Positions 24,227 to 37,838 of a DNA stretch of 64,000 nucleotides are shown here, piece after piece. The DNA is from Callorhinchus milii (taxonomy: Eukaryota): positions 107,882,001 to 107,946,000 of the forward strand of contig NW_024704743.1 in the NCBI RefSeq assembly GCF_018977255.1, read 5' to 3'. How positions within the stretch are numbered: position 1 is the first letter of the stretch; each line of letters begins with the position of its first letter. A program made the translations under genes and the position numbers. The notes under the pieces are model-generated. The model saw nothing but the letters and a program-made list of their open reading frames with translations. It did not search any database and had not been told where the DNA came from.

Positions 24227-24872
24227 TGCCCGACTCCGCCATTACCTCACCCCTCAGGCCGCTGAAACTCTTGTTCGTGCTTTCATCACCTCCAGGCTCA
24301 ACTATGCAAACGCCCTGCTTGTCAGCCTTCCCAACTACTCCCTCCACAGGCTGCAGATAATCCAGAACTCTGCAGCCTGTGTCTCTTCCGCACCAAACTC
24401 CGTGACCCCATCTCCCCCATTCTCGCCCGACTCCATTGGCTCCCTATCCTTCAGAGGATCCAGTTCAAGATCCTGGTCCTCACCTACAAAGCCCTCGATG
24501 GTCTTGCCCCACCCTATCTCTGTGACCTCTTAATCCTCTACCAACCCGCCCGCTCCCTCCACTCAGCCAGCTCAGGCTTGCTCCACGTTCCCCGACCCAC
24601 CCGCCCACCATTGGCGGGAGAGCCTTCAGCCACTCTGCCCCCAATCTCTGGAACTCCATCCCCCAATCACTCCGCCTCACCCCCTCCTTCAAGTCCCACC
24701 TCAAATCCCTCCTCTTCGACCATGCCATTGGTCACCCCCTTTCCCCTCCCCTCCCTTCTCCCCCCTGACCCCAGCTGGGATCTGAAATGCTGTACACTGT
24801 CCAGCGCCTTGGGACGTCCTCCCGACATGAAAGGCGCTATGCAAATATAATCTTGTTGTTGTGTTGTTGTTG
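24227..24872 (+). mobile_element. L2 LINE 3' fragment
   Basis: LTPQAAETLVRAFITSRLNYANALL...LQIIQNSAA, frameshifted; intact tail. Confidence 0.92.
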
Positions 24873-24904
24873 TGCAACCTCTCGTAGCATTTAATATCGG
24901 AGAT

Positions 24905-25273
24905 GTGTGGGGTAGTGATTAGTGTGCTCACTTCGCTAGTGAGAGCGCCCAGGTTTGATTCCCGGGCAGGGCGAAACCTTAGGCAAGTTTTCTTACTCCA
25001 CATGCCTCTGTTTACCTAGTAATATGCAACAACCCGGTTGTCAAACAATTGGTGAATCACTTTATGGGGGTAATAATCCCTTCAAATAAATAAATAACAA
25101 TAATAATAATTTGGTCGCTCAATCCACGATTGTTTGTGGAACACTGCCTTACGCTGCTGTGTTTTGCCCACAAAATACACAATCAATTCACTTTACAGTG
25201 TATTCTGTGAAATGCTTTGTGTCGCCTTGAAGATGTGATAAGGCGCGATATCAAATGCAAGAATTATTATTAT
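24905..25273 (+). mobile_element. Full-length SINE (long subfamily, diverged)
   Basis: Degenerate tRNA head, central block and tail. Confidence 0.85.
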
Positions 25274-25852
25274 TCTCTAAGTTAACAATATTCAAATATT
25301 CATCAGAGGCAGCTTTTTCCTGTCATTACCTATTGTATAGAATAGGATTTAGTTGTGTTATTTGAACGTTATGTCAGTTTGCAAATTCCAAGGCAAGACT
25401 TACTGATGTAGATATTTCCTCAACCCCAGAAACCAAAGCTCTAAAACTATATAAATTATAGGACTATGCAAACCATTCCTTAGTAAGGCATTTTATTACC
25501 ACTTCGCTGTCTGCCAAGCAGCATTTTAGAGGATGCTTATTGATTTTATGACCTGCCTAGGGAACCATCCAGAGTAAAAGCATGATATCAGTGGGTGGAG
25601 GGTGTGAATCAAGTTCCTTACTTTACAAAAAGCAACACTGATCATTTTCAACTTATAGGCTTGTTTAACCATAGTTATAGTAATAATCCTTGCAATTGAT
25701 ATAGCTACTTATCAGATTGTCAAAACGTCTCAAAGCGTTTCAGAGGATTTGCTTTATATTTTATAGGCAACTCTGCAGTCAGTGTGGCACAGCAATGTTT
25801 CGCAAACAGCCATGAAGTGAATACCCAATTTTATCTGGAGGATTGTTGGCTA

Positions 25853-26460
25853 ATAGTAATAATCCTTGCATTTGTTACAGCGCCTTTCATTTTGGGAGCA
25901 CTACCCAAAGCAAAGGCATCACTAATCATTTTCAATTTATAGGTTCACTTTCATCATCGAAACGTCTCAAAGTGCATCACAGGATGTTCTGTGCAATTAG
26001 TGACTGTATTTTGTAGGCAATTTGACAACCAATATCAGTAAGTCCCACAAACAACTATGAAATGATTGTCCGATTTTAACTGGGGATTTATTAGCCAGGA
26101 CACTTGGAGAAAACACCTTATCTTTTTGAATAGTGCCATGAGATCTTTAACATCAACAAGAACAACGACTTGCATTTATATAGCGCCCTCCATGCCGGGT
26201 GATGTTCCGGAACGCTTATCAATGGTGGAGCCCAATGCTGAGCTGGGGGAGAGGGAAGGTGATATCCACCTGAACATCCACCTGAATAGGCATACAGGAC
26301 CTCAGTTTAAGGTCTCATTCGAAGGACGGCACCTGCGACAATTCAGCATTTCTCAGTACTCCACTGAAGTGTCAACCTAGACCGTGAGTTCAAAGTGCTG
26401 ACGTGCGGCTGGAACAAACAGCCTTTTGACCCATAGGCGAGAGTGCTGTTGGCTGAGGCA
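25853..26460 (-). mobile_element. Older Deu-domain SINE interrupted by an L2-type tail (about 26155-26260); another tail at 25680-25850
   Basis: Reverse complement of the Deu core, split at ttaacatc|cacctgaa. Confidence 0.72.
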
Positions 26461-27020
26461 GACCGACACCTAATAGGTTCCCTTTAATCCTGGGGTAATG
26501 GATGACCAGTGGCCATCTGTTGGCACTAGGCAGAGTCAGACAGCAGCTTGCAGTTGCTTGGTGGTTCATCTGAATCTCAGCCTAAATGTTGGTTTAAAGT
26601 GAGGTTATAAAATCCAACCATTTCCACGTTATTTTCTCGCCCTCTTATTTTCTTGAACTGCCTGGCTTGTGCACAAACTGCAGTCTGACCTGTCTGTGGG
26701 TATCTGGCTGTGAACGAGTATAATGTGTGCAAATCACTGCACGGTGTTTGCAAGGGTGACCGAGGCTGTGTCTCTGAGGGAGGGAGAGGTTGCGAAAAAC
26801 CCTCTCTGCTCAGCACACCACAGCACAGGCTCGGTTGTAAACTCAAACAGAGGAAAGGATTGCAAACGGAAATTTCACCACTCTAAGAGGTCATTTTCTG
26901 AAGGAAAATGTCACCAAGCAAGGTGTCATCTGGTAAAGGGAAATACTCTAACCAGCAGTATTTAAAACAAATGAGTTTGTAAGATGCGGAAGTTAAAATC
27001 TGAAGAAACCCAGAAAACGC

Positions 27021-27255
27021 TGGCTGAAATTTCACTTAGTCCTAGCTTGCAGAACCCGTTTTGCCTTAAAATTTAAAATGCCACAAAACTGTGGAAAATT
27101 CTTAAATTGAGTCTTAAATTCAGAAGCTGTTTCGTTTTCGGAACTGGGGATAACATTTTCCAAACTAAGACTGAATTTGAGATTTTTGTCCACAATTCTT
27201 GCCGTATTGACTTTGAGGCAAATATACAGGCCAAGACAAGTTGAGATTTCAGGCC
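27021..27255. mobile_element. Palindromic MITE-like repeat (related copies at about 22250-22492, 59490-59612, 63585-63720)
   Basis: Arms tgtggaaaattcttaaattgagtctta / taagactgaatttgagatttttgtccaca; termini ggctgaaat / atttcaggcc. Confidence 0.65.
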
Positions 27256-27461
27256 ATAAAGTGTGAAGCGAAAAGCTAATCTGCAGTGATGTGAGTGTCG
27301 TAGCTCATTCTCCTCAGTAGTCTGAGGACTGAGAGTTGTATTGGAGGATATTATACAGGTAGCTGTTCCTCTCCAGAGCTGCTGGTTGGCCAGGCTACAG
27401 TCACCTTGCTCTGTTCCTCTGTGACCTTATTTTGCTAATAATTGGATTCTGTGCTCTGTAG

Positions 27462-27572
27462 GACAGCTTCCCAGCGCGATTTGGAGGCATCCATTTTGTG
27501 AACCAGCCTTGGTACATCCACGCTTTATACACGATAATAAAGCCATTCCTCAAAGACAAGACCAGGAAAAGG
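27462..27572 (+). CDS. CLVS1: Clavesin-1, coding exon 3 ([37 protein letters not shown])
   Basis: Not in the ORF track; translated by hand. ctgtag| acceptor, |gtaaat donor, 111 nt, phase 0-0. Confidence 0.96.
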
Positions 27573-27629
27573 GTAAATAAAACTTCGGATTGATAAAATG
27601 TCACGTATTGGAATAATGAAGCTCTTCTG

Positions 27630-28090
27630 TGTCTGGCTGGATTGGGTGGTGTGTGTGTGGGGTGGAGAGGGTGTATGCGTGTGGGGGGAGAAGGTGTATG
27701 TGGGGGGAGAGGGTGTATTTGTTTGTGTGGGCGGAGAGGGTGTATGTGTGTGTCGCAGAGTGGGGGGGGGTGGGGGTTTCTATCTAGCTGTGACCCTATA
27801 TGTGTTTGGGGGAAGAGGATTATACAGATGGCTGGGAGAGTGTGGATGTATGGGGGAGGGGGTTCCAGATGGCTGAGAGCATGGGGGGGGGAGGTTACAG
27901 ATGGCTGAGAGAGTGGGGGAGGAGGTACGACTGGCTGAGAGAGAGTGTGCGTGGAGGGAGTGGGTTATGGATGGCTGAGAGAGCTTGTATGGGGGATGGG
28001 GTTATATGACTGGTTGAGTGTGTGTGTGTGTGTGTAGGGGGGGATGGTTAAAACTGGCTGAGTGTGTGTATGTGTCTGTGTGTCTCTCTC
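27630..28090. repeat. G/T-rich degenerate minisatellite (ggagagggtgta and gatggctgagaga units) just after CLVS1 exon 3
   Basis: Repeated ATGGCTGAGAG and GGAGAGGGTGTA cores. Confidence 0.8.
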
Positions 28091-28939
28091 TCTGCATGCC
28101 TCTATGATAAATGATTTATGGAGTCTGACAAGGAATGTTCTTTGAGCCCATCTGATCAGTGCTCTTTCTGTCTGTTGTGTGAGACTGCTGCAGACAAGTG
28201 AAGGAGGCTGCACTTTAACCCCTCGAGTCCTGGATTGCTTCTGCCCTTTGCAGAGCTTCAACATGAATCCAAAGGACTGGATGACATTATCACACGCAGG
28301 CAAACAATTATTCATTATCGTGGGTTTCCACATAAAGATAGCCTCAGTGACCCAGCTGTCCAGTGTGTGAGTTGGTAAAGGCAATGCCCAGTGTGGAGCT
28401 AAACCAGAGGACACAAGCTCAATCCGTGGTCAATGCTAAGTTAGCTCATTTGAATTTCAGGAACAGGTGCTAGAATCAGCCCACACATCATCAACAACAA
28501 CAATTTGCATTTATGTGGCGCCCTTCACTCAGGGTAGCGTTCCAGAGCGCTTAACATCCCTAGGTTAGGATGCGGAAACATCAGCCATTCTTCCTGCCCA
28601 TCATCACTGCCCAGTGAGCGTTTCGGGGAAGAATGGATGTTGAGTGAGGAGCAGGCTTGGCTGCGTTGCTCCTTGAGATCAAATGTCCTTCTGATGCTCA
28701 AAGGCTGGAAGAACGAGAACCGAGGGCAAATTACCAAACAGGCGAGCCTCAGATCAGGAGTGAAGATAACAACAACAACAAAATTACATTGTAAAACGAC
28801 TTTCACGTTGGGAGGACATCCCAAGGCGCTGATAGAGAAGTCTATGTGAGGAAATGCTGACAGGGACCGAGCAGCAGTCTCAGTTGTGTAATGAGTTGAA
28901 GAACAGTAAGGCCCATCTAAAGACGATGTCTGTCAGGCT

Positions 28940-29162
28940 GTTTGCTGGTTACTGTGACGTTCTCCTGGTTACTGTGAGGTACTGCCAGATTCCCTGACGC
29001 ACTGTGATGTACTGCTGGTTATTTTGACATTTTGCTTGTTACTGTGATGCACGGCTAGTTGCCGTGACAAACTGCTGGTTACTATGCTGCAATGCTGGTT
29101 ATTTTAACACATTACTGGTTACTGTGATGTATCGCTAGATACCATGATGTGCTGCTGGTTCT
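28940..29162. repeat. Degenerate 20-bp tandem repeat (ctgctggttactgtgatgta), about 11 copies
   Basis: Phase-stable GCTGGTTACTGTGA cores every 20 nt or so. Confidence 0.85.
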
Positions 29163-29487
29163 CGGGCCAGATTCCCTGAGACTCATTAGTGAATCCAGTT
29201 GTAAACCTGCACTTTTTCGAACCTACTGTGTTATTTCATCTGGCCACAAAGCACTTTGAATTATTTAGATGACACAGCTGGCAGCAGTTCCCAGAGACCA
29301 GGCAGAGTGTTTCTTTGTCCTCTTTTATTCCTCGGAGCCAACACAGCCACTCATTGCACTGAGGAGATGAGAACTCGTCACAAACACATCACACAGACGT
29401 CTTCGCCCGCCCAGTCAGTGAGTCTCCAGCTCAGGGCACGGCCACAGCAGGAGCACGATAATACTCTCTCTCTCCCCCTCCGTGCTT

Positions 29488-29650
29488 CGTTTGGGTAAGG
29501 CACTGCTCATTGTGGAACTGAGCTGTACAGACAGCCGTGTTGAGACTTCTGACTGTGCTGAGTTAGCCGGGTGGCAATACAGGTGCTGACAATTGACTTC
29601 AGTGAACCAGGATTCCTGCTTCCTGATGACTGTTCAGCAGCCTCTTGCCT
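29488..29650 (+). mobile_element. Ancient tRNA-SINE relic (ctgtgctgagttagc...caattg...ccaggattcctgcttcctgat); other relics at about 19340-19905(-), 28370-28480, 34350-34510, 37190-37330
   Basis: Shared motifs among several diverged copies in this window; family name uncertain. Confidence 0.55.
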
Positions 29651-30883
29651 CGTGTGAGGTCACACATGGTCCCATCGACTTCAAGGTCGTCATCCTCACA
29701 ATCTGTTCTTACCCTAGCACTCGCACCCCCCCACCCATCTGGTACCTAGCTCTAGCTCCTCTGCTCCCCACTCCACTCAGCCTGCTTCCACACCACAATC
29801 AATGGCTCAGGCTTCAGTCACTCCACCCCTAGTCCTTTGCAAATCCCTGCCTCTACCGCTCAGCCTTGCCTTCTCTCTATCTGTCTCCTAAATTGCAACT
29901 TAAAACCTAGCTCTTCAACCACGCTTATGGTCACCTTTCGTTTGGTCAGCCACATCCATCCCCGCGAGAGTGAAAACATTACCCTAGCTGAAGGAGTACT
30001 AGAGAAATTCATTACTGTTGTTAAGACTGGAAAAATAAAAGGAAACTCCAGATAAACGCAAACATCTCTGGGACCCTAGAATTATCAACCAACAAAGAAA
30101 TTGCAGTGATGCTTTTTTGCCACAAGATGTCACTATTGTGCTTTATAATAATATTATTGAAGCATGCAATATAATCCTTGCAATAGCATAATGTAATATA
30201 TTCGAGGATGTGCTAGCCAGAGTATCCCTCAACTTTTCAATAAATTTCTTTTATAATTACTCCCTGAGTTATGAGGAGCTCTATGGAAACCAGGAATACT
30301 CACACTAAAGAGAAGACTCAGCAGAGATCTCATTAATTTAATTGGGATTAAATGGGTTGAAGTGTGTGCCTTCTTCATCCAAACCAATCTTGTGATCTTG
30401 TGAAGATCCTAAAGGGCATAGACAAAGTGAACCCAATAACAAGTATAACATGGCCAACAAATCTGGAACAATGGGGCACAAAGAAGCTTAGGAGAGGGAA
30501 AACAGACACAAATTATTTTACAGTGAGTGTTGAATATTTTTGGAATAGACTACCCAGTTATTTATTTTTAACTCTGGGACATGCTTGATGGACTGCAATG
30601 GTCTTTACCACGCCTCTACATTCCTATGTAGCTATGTAATCGTAATTTTAATGGCAGCCTTGGTAACTTATCTCTGCACAGATAAATGTTACTTATGCAG
30701 CAACCGTGATCCCTTCATTTGCTAATGCTGAAGTGAATTGAGGTGCTGTGACACATCAAATTGACTCTAGAAAAGAGGTACATTTTTAATTTGGTTTGGC
30801 TTGAGTTGGCTCGATGTGGGCACAGCCGTATATGAAAAGTTCTGGCTTGTCCATCTCTGCTTGGAAAGTGCCTCTTTATTTTT

Positions 30884-31068
30884 AGACCCATCTCAAGACC
30901 CTCCTCTTTGATGGCGCTTTCGATCTCCCTGCATTCCCCCCCCCCCCCGCCCTCCACCCTCCCCGACCCCTGATCCCCAGCTCGAGTCCATAACTCTGTC
31001 TGTCCAGCGGCTTGGGACGTTCTCCCGACGTGAAAGGTGCTTTACAATGTAATTTTGTTGTTGTTGTA
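30884..31068 (+). mobile_element. L2 3' end
   Basis: 3' UTR, hairpin and (TTG)n. Confidence 0.85.
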
Positions 31069-31729
31069 ATTTTTGCTGCAACAAAGCAGTGCAAACCATG
31101 ACACTAACCTTCTAAGTAATACAAGAACCCTTCAAAATACAAAATAGTTTACTGCGCTCTAACATTTGTGACCATTTCTAATGATAAACGTTGAAAAATT
31201 CAATCAGGGAAATATAAAGAATTTTACGAAAATCTACATTTGCAGTGGTCAAATGTTTGATTTTCATCTTTGGACATTTACTGATCAATAGAGAATCAAC
31301 ACAGCTCACTCACCAAAGCTGCTCAATTTACTTGCACACAAGTTATACATTGTATTCTGAGAGGATCCCTAATCTCTTCCACCCACCTTCACATGCATAC
31401 AATAATACAAAAGATTTCTCTACAAATTTCATCCACAACATGTTACAGTAGCTCCTGTGAAGTGCTTTACAATGATCTCCTGACTTGAGAAAGGCACTAT
31501 ATCAAAATGTAAAGATTATTATTATGCTTGATTGTTCTATCCAGCCTGCATTTCGAGGGGGAAGCGGAAAACCTAGATCTCTTTTTGAAATATACCTAAA
31601 CATTAAAATAATCGTCAGGGCCTCTTGAAAGCAAGAGTGCTTCTGGCTATTTAAAAACAAGTAGCACTGACATTTTAAAAAAGTGGGGATATTCTGAGAA
31701 TGTACAGTGAACTTTCTAATAGACTATCA

Positions 31730-32104
31730 GATAATAATAATCCTTGCATTTTGATATAGCACTTTATCATGTCTTCGAGACGTCTCAAAGCACTTCACAG
31801 AATATACTGTAAAGCGAATTGACTGTATATTTTGTGGGTGAAATTCAACAGCCAATTGTGCACAGCAGTGTCCCACAAACAGTCGTGGATTGAGTGCCCA
31901 AATTATTATTTATTTATTAATTAAGGGATTATTACCCTCGGAAAAAGCGATCTGGCAATCAACTAACAACCGGGTTCCTACTTACTGCTAGATAAACAGA
32001 AGCGTGTGGAGTAAGGAAACTTGCCGAAGGTTTTGCCCTGCCCAGGAATCTAACCCAAGTCCTCTTGCTTGCGAAGCAAGTGCTCTGATCACTGAGATAC
32101 AGGA
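31730..32104 (-). mobile_element. Full-length SINE (long subfamily), about 150 nt upstream of CLVS1 exon 4
   Basis: Reverse complement of the 16907 copy. Confidence 0.9.
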
Positions 32105-32257
32105 ATGTATGTGTGTGTGTGTGTATAGGGAGGTGAAGGGAAAATTCACGATAGACTAGTTTTGTATGACTATTGGAAGATGTAGATTTACATTTCATTG
32201 GATTGCATTGTGATTGCACATTGTTTTTTTTCTTTGCACTTTTCTTTTTTGTTCCAG

Positions 32258-32493
32258 ATTTTCCTCCACGGTAACAATCTGAATAGTCTACACCAACTGA
32301 TCCACCCCGAGTGTCTACCCTCCGAGTTCGGAGGGACCCAACCCCCATATGACATGGGAACGTGGGCACGGAGCCTACTGGGCCCAGAGTACAACGACGA
32401 GACTGAATATACTCACAACTCATACAACTCGATGCATGTGAAAACTGTGCTGGACAATTCGGAGAGCCACTCCTCTCCCAAGTACATGAAAAG
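32258..32493 (+). CDS. CLVS1: Clavesin-1, coding exon 4 ([26 protein letters not shown]...SPKYMK)
   Basis: Long pyrimidine tract plus ttccag| acceptor. 236 nt. AG|GTTAGT donor, phase 2. LPSEFGG Sec14 motif. Confidence 0.96.
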
Positions 32494-35400
32494 GTTAGTG
32501 CTTTGTATAATAGCATTTCTGAATGTACAATAACAACACCTTGCCTTTTAAATAGCGCCCTTCATGTGGTAACATCTCATAGCACTGTACAAAGATGGGG
32601 AGGGGGAAATGAGGAATTGGCCAAAGGCGCAGTCGAAGACTTAGGTTTTAAGGCAGTACTTAAAGACAGATAGATAGGGGGTGAAATGGTGGAGCAGAGA
32701 GGAGTTACAGAGGTTGGGGATTAGAATTGGATACATACAAGTGCAAACATTCTTCTGTATTTCTGACTTGCTTTTTATTATATTAATGAAGATCAAACTG
32801 CAACATTGGCAAAAAGAGTGGGAAGAGCTAATCAATTCACAGGAATTTCTAATCGTCCCAACACTTCGCCTTCCCAATGCGGGAAAGAGGGGGACAAAGG
32901 CCACAGAGTGAAATGGAAGAATGTGAAATTAAGTTTCCCCAATGGTTCAGTGTAAAAATCCACCACCTGGTAAATTACTCAGTCACATAAAACATTCAAC
33001 AACAACAATTTATAGCAAGTTTCACATTTCGGAGGACGTCTCAAAGCGCTTCACACAGCTGACTGGGAGCCCGAGCTGGATTTGGGGAGAAAATAACCCA
33101 AATTTGTCATTTTAGAAAAGATAGGTTTTAAAGATAGGGAAGGAGGGAAGGAGGAGTGAGGTTGAGAGCCTCGGAGATGGAGGGACAGAAGTGCTCACAT
33201 GGAAAGCTGTGAGTGTACACAGAGGAACCCATTGAATCCAACGGTTTCATTGAGGTTTTTCATTTCTCGCAATATTAGGAGGAAGATTCTAATTTCATCT
33301 CATTTTCCTTGATTCTTCCTGCACAATCCCCAGCTGAGACACCAGACAGACAACCTGCTTCCGGGCCTCTTGTCAACGATACTGTGTAAGTGGGCCCCAC
33401 TATCTATACCAGTGTGGCTTGAGTGACTCTCCTTTCGCTGTCTGACCTCAACTTGGTGCATCCTTTCCTCTTCCTTGGCATCACACATAGGATCAGGAGC
33501 TTACAGTGTCCCATTGATGTGCAGTGCAGGGTCTGGGACCATGATATGTTGCTTCATCTTACGGTCTAAAATATTTAATTATCGTTACTAAAACAAAAAA
33601 CCATCATTGCATATTTGCAGCTTTGTAGATCCACAGAGCCTGTCCCCCTCCTTTGTCAATCTGCCGGTTACCACACGGGCGTTGTTTGGGTTGCAGTGCC
33701 GCTTTAAATGATCTCTTTAGATTGCTTCCCTGCTCACGCTGCAGTCTGTCAATGGCGATCATCACTGCACTGCAGAGCAGGAGGTCAGGGGGTCAGGAGC
33801 AACGCTGCATTCTTAAATTCCCACGGGGTCATCCAATTTGCAGGCTTCTCCTGTGGGCAGTCGTGGCCAACGCAGGAACTTCCAGTGGGGAGAATGGAAT
33901 AAAACACTGCTGCGGAAGCTTTCCCTTGTATAAAAAGAGGAACGTTGCCATCTGGGAAAAGCGGTGTGATGACTTTGCTGAGACTGAGAAACAGAGATGT
34001 GTCTGAAGGCGGCTTCTGTTATAATCAAAGAAACAAAATCGTCATTGCAGAGGATCGACCTGCGGTCAAAGTTTGGCCTAGCACTAACATGTTGGATTCT
34101 GAGCTGTTTCTCAGCTGTAAATTCAACCCACACAAAAACCTAGTGCAGCAAACAACATCCCCTTTAGGGACAGCCCAAAAATCCGTATCATTTAGCTGCT
34201 CACCTTGCTGTTTGCAGAATATAGTTGCCCCATAATATTTATTTAATTCTTGATTCGTCCCATTCAGTAAAATGCCTTGCGATGTATCTTTCATGTGACA
34301 GACGCTACTGTCTAATCACTGAGTGTCTTTGGTAACTGGGGTACCATATGCAAGGTGTAGCTCACCAGTCACTGAGATTTAGCTGAAAGGGTCCCTTGTC
34401 AGGTTTATTCAATGAGCAGTTGAGAACAGGAAGGTCCCAACTTCAATCTCTGGGTGATGCTCAATGGCACCTAACTGGCAGCTAATAGGCACCCCTCTTG
34501 TAGGTGTACTAATAAATCTTACACTTGGTATAGCACCTTTCATGTCGGGAGGACGTCCCAAAGTGCTTCACAGGATTTACTGTAAAGGGCAGCCTCTGTG
34601 TGTTTTGGGGGCAAATGCAGTGCAGTAAGGGTCTAGCTCAGCTGCAATGCCTCTTGTGGTTGAATAACCCATTGTTATTCATTATTGAGGCTCATATATG
34701 AATATTGGTTTAAATACTCAAGGGTACTCGGTGCTTGCATAATCATAACTTTGTCGAGGAAAATGGGGTCAAAGAGGTGTAAGATTGTTTCATCTACAGA
34801 GTATTCTGCTGTTTCCTTAATTTATTTCATCAGTCCACTTGTATCAATGAACCAGCTTAATGCATTTTTTTGGTTAAAAACGAGGGGAGAGGGAATTAGA
34901 CAATCCTGTCACGGGCACTTTGCATTAAACATATTCTTTCATTCTAGATGAACTTAAATAAGTTTGGGGGGTGGGTGGGGAGGATATGCAGTCTCACTCT
35001 GAGGTCGAGACAGTTTTAAAACATGAAAGAAATCATGGAACGCATTAAATTCTGTTCAAATTGGGTTTAAACTCGCAGAATTTTAACAGTGAAGAAAGAG
35101 CAGGAGAGTCAGCCCTAAATTGACGGCCCTCCCCCTTTCTATGCTGTTTTATTTCTTGAGGATTTGTCTTTGAAATTGGGTTCTGCAAGCAGCACTTTTT
35201 TGTGTTCTGCCTGACTGGGTTGTTATGCTGGAAGGAAAGCTCGCGGCTTGAATGTTGGAGGACAGGGACAGAGCGATGCAGTGCATCGTGAGAACACATC
35301 AATATTCCAGCCGACCCGTTTTACTTAATTAGGTCAACAGGAGGCTAGGCAGCCGGATGCGATGGACACAGCTACTACTGTGTGAGTAGTGGCGATACGT

Positions 35401-35867
35401 CTGCCAGAAAGCCCCAGGCCTCTGCCGTTCAAATGCAACAGAAGCCCAGGTATGATTTATTACCTGGTTGAAGGGGCTTCTGTTTTGATTAAATGGCCTA
35501 GCAGAGCAGAAGGTCAGAGAGGAAAAAAACATGTTGTGATTTTTTTTCTTAAACAAAACAAATAGAATAATATGTGTGTGTTTGTTAGGCAGGGGGAGGA
35601 AATCAAAGTTATAAATAGAACCTTACTGCACAGAAGACGGCCATTAAATCATCATACTTGTGCTGGCTCTTTTAAGAGTAATCCTTTCAATCCCATTTAC
35701 TTTGCATTTCCCTCAATACTCCTGTAGTTGACTTATTTTCAGGTATTCATTTAGTTCTCTTCTAAAAGCCAATATGGATAAGTTACCTTAGGCAAAGTGG
35801 CCACAGATCTATCAGTAATATGCCAAGTTTCCTTTCTGTCCAGTCCAGTATTTATAGATTCCAAGCA

Positions 35868-36541
35868 ACTAACAACAACAGCAACAACAAAATTACATTT
35901 GTATAACACCTTTCACATTGGGAGGATGTCCCAAGGTGCTGGACAGACAGAGTTACGGACCGGAGCTGGGGGTCAGGGGTTGGGGAGGTCGGAGGGCAGG
36001 GGGCGGGGAAGTAGGGTGATCGAAAGCACTGTCAAAGAGGAGAGTCTTGAGATGGGTCTTGGAGGGGGTGAGGTGGAGGGACTGTGGAATGGAGTACCAG
36101 AGGGTGGGGGCAGAGTGGCGGAAGGCCTGCCCGCCAATAGTGGGGTGAGCGAGGTGGGGGACGTGAAGCAGACCAGAGGCCGTTAAGTGGAGGGAGTGGT
36201 CAGGTTGGTAAGGGGTTAGAAGGTTGCAGGGGTAGGGGGGGCAAGGCCATGGAGGGCTTTGAAGGTGAGGACCAGGATCTTGAGCTGTATCCTCTGTGTG
36301 ATGGGAAGCCAGTGGAGTTGGGCGAGGATGGGGGTGATAGGGTCACGGAGCCTGGTGCGAGAGAGTACACAGACTACAGAGTTCTGGGTGATCTGCAGCC
36401 TATAGAAAGAGGAGTTAGGGAGGCAACAAGCAAGGAGTTTGCATAGACAAGCCGCAATGTAATGAAAGCGTGTATGAGTGTTTCGGCGGCCTGCGGTGTG
36501 AGACAGTGGCGGAGCCTGGCGATGTTGCGGAGGTGGGGTAT
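35868..36541 (-). mobile_element. L2 LINE 3' fragment
   Basis: HLRNIARLRHCLTPQAAETLIHAFIT and LHWLPITQRIQLKILVLTFKALHGLAP. Confidence 0.92.
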
Positions 36542-37838
36542 ACAAATATATTTAATCTTTGTCCAAATAAATCCAGGTTCCCTTTCTTTTCCCCCATTCA
36601 CCCCACATTTTAGTTATGTTCCCCCTCCCCTCCTTTAGATGTCAAGAAAACAGACTGCTGAACTGCTTTCTGATGTTGGCCAATTCTAGGCACTAACCAG
36701 CCAGGAGAATATTAATGGTGTTCTGGACTATGGAGAAAAGACAGGATTAAAGGATATTATATGATCTAGAGCTACTTTTCTGACTGTGCCTATGGTCACC
36801 TCTTTCTTTTTTCTTGCTGGTTGTCCTGCGTGAAGGGCGCTATATAAATACAAGTTGTTGTAACAATATAGCAGAAAAGACTCAATAGTATGAATTGCCT
36901 CCTCTGTTCCTGTGCTGTATGGGAGATAGGATTCCCTTATCCAGTGGAATGGTCGATCCCCAGTGGAATAGGTGGAACATTTCCCTCAAAATATACAGTC
37001 AATTCACTTTACAGCATATTTTGTGAAGCACTTTGAGACGTCTAGAAGACGTGAAAAGCACTATATCAAATGCAAGGATTATTATTAATTATTATTATTA
37101 TATAACCAGAAGCTCACATCACATGAAAAAACACACTGCATAAACACATGGTTCAGACTATTAATACTGTTCAGATATGTCACAAAGTTGAATGGCTCAG
37201 TGGAGTGTTGAACTGAGCCAAGAAGGCCCCATATCTGACCTGATTTGTGCTAAACTTGGTGAAAACAGGGCTGAGCTCAACATGACTGTTCAAAAATATT
37301 AGAAATTACAGCCTCAGTACAACCAGGGAAAAGTTGAGGAATTTGCAGATTATAGTTCCTTGTGGTCACTGGGTCAAATTCAAATACTAGGGACACATGT
37401 TACAAAATTAAGATGCTAGGAATAAGAAGGGAAGTCAGGTCGAATTTTTTTTACCAAGTGGTAAATAGACTTGTAGAATAAGTTGCTAGGAAAGGATATT
37501 GAAGCAACCAGGTGGATTGAGAAAGACAAAGATGGCTTCATTTGGAATTAAGGGCCTTTTTCTCCATTACAATTTGTTAAGTTGAAGGACGTTCTGTCGG
37601 TGTTCCCAGCCCAGGGAAGGGAAATGTAACAATAATAATGCTTGCATTTGATATAACACCTTATGAAAGATCTCTAAGCACTTTGCTAATTCTAAAACCT
37701 ATATAGTGCAGAATTATAACCAGTGTTCTCGCTCCTATTTTATTGCCTGATAGAAGTTCAAATGCTCAGTGAGAATACAATTGAACTTGGCTTAGTTATT
37801 GCGTCCCCCATGGTGAAATAGTCATCATTGCATGCACC

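Noticed and set aside
28940..29162. CRISPR-like periodic repeat
   Set aside because: Contiguous degenerate tandem units without unique spacers, in a vertebrate intron with no cas genes.
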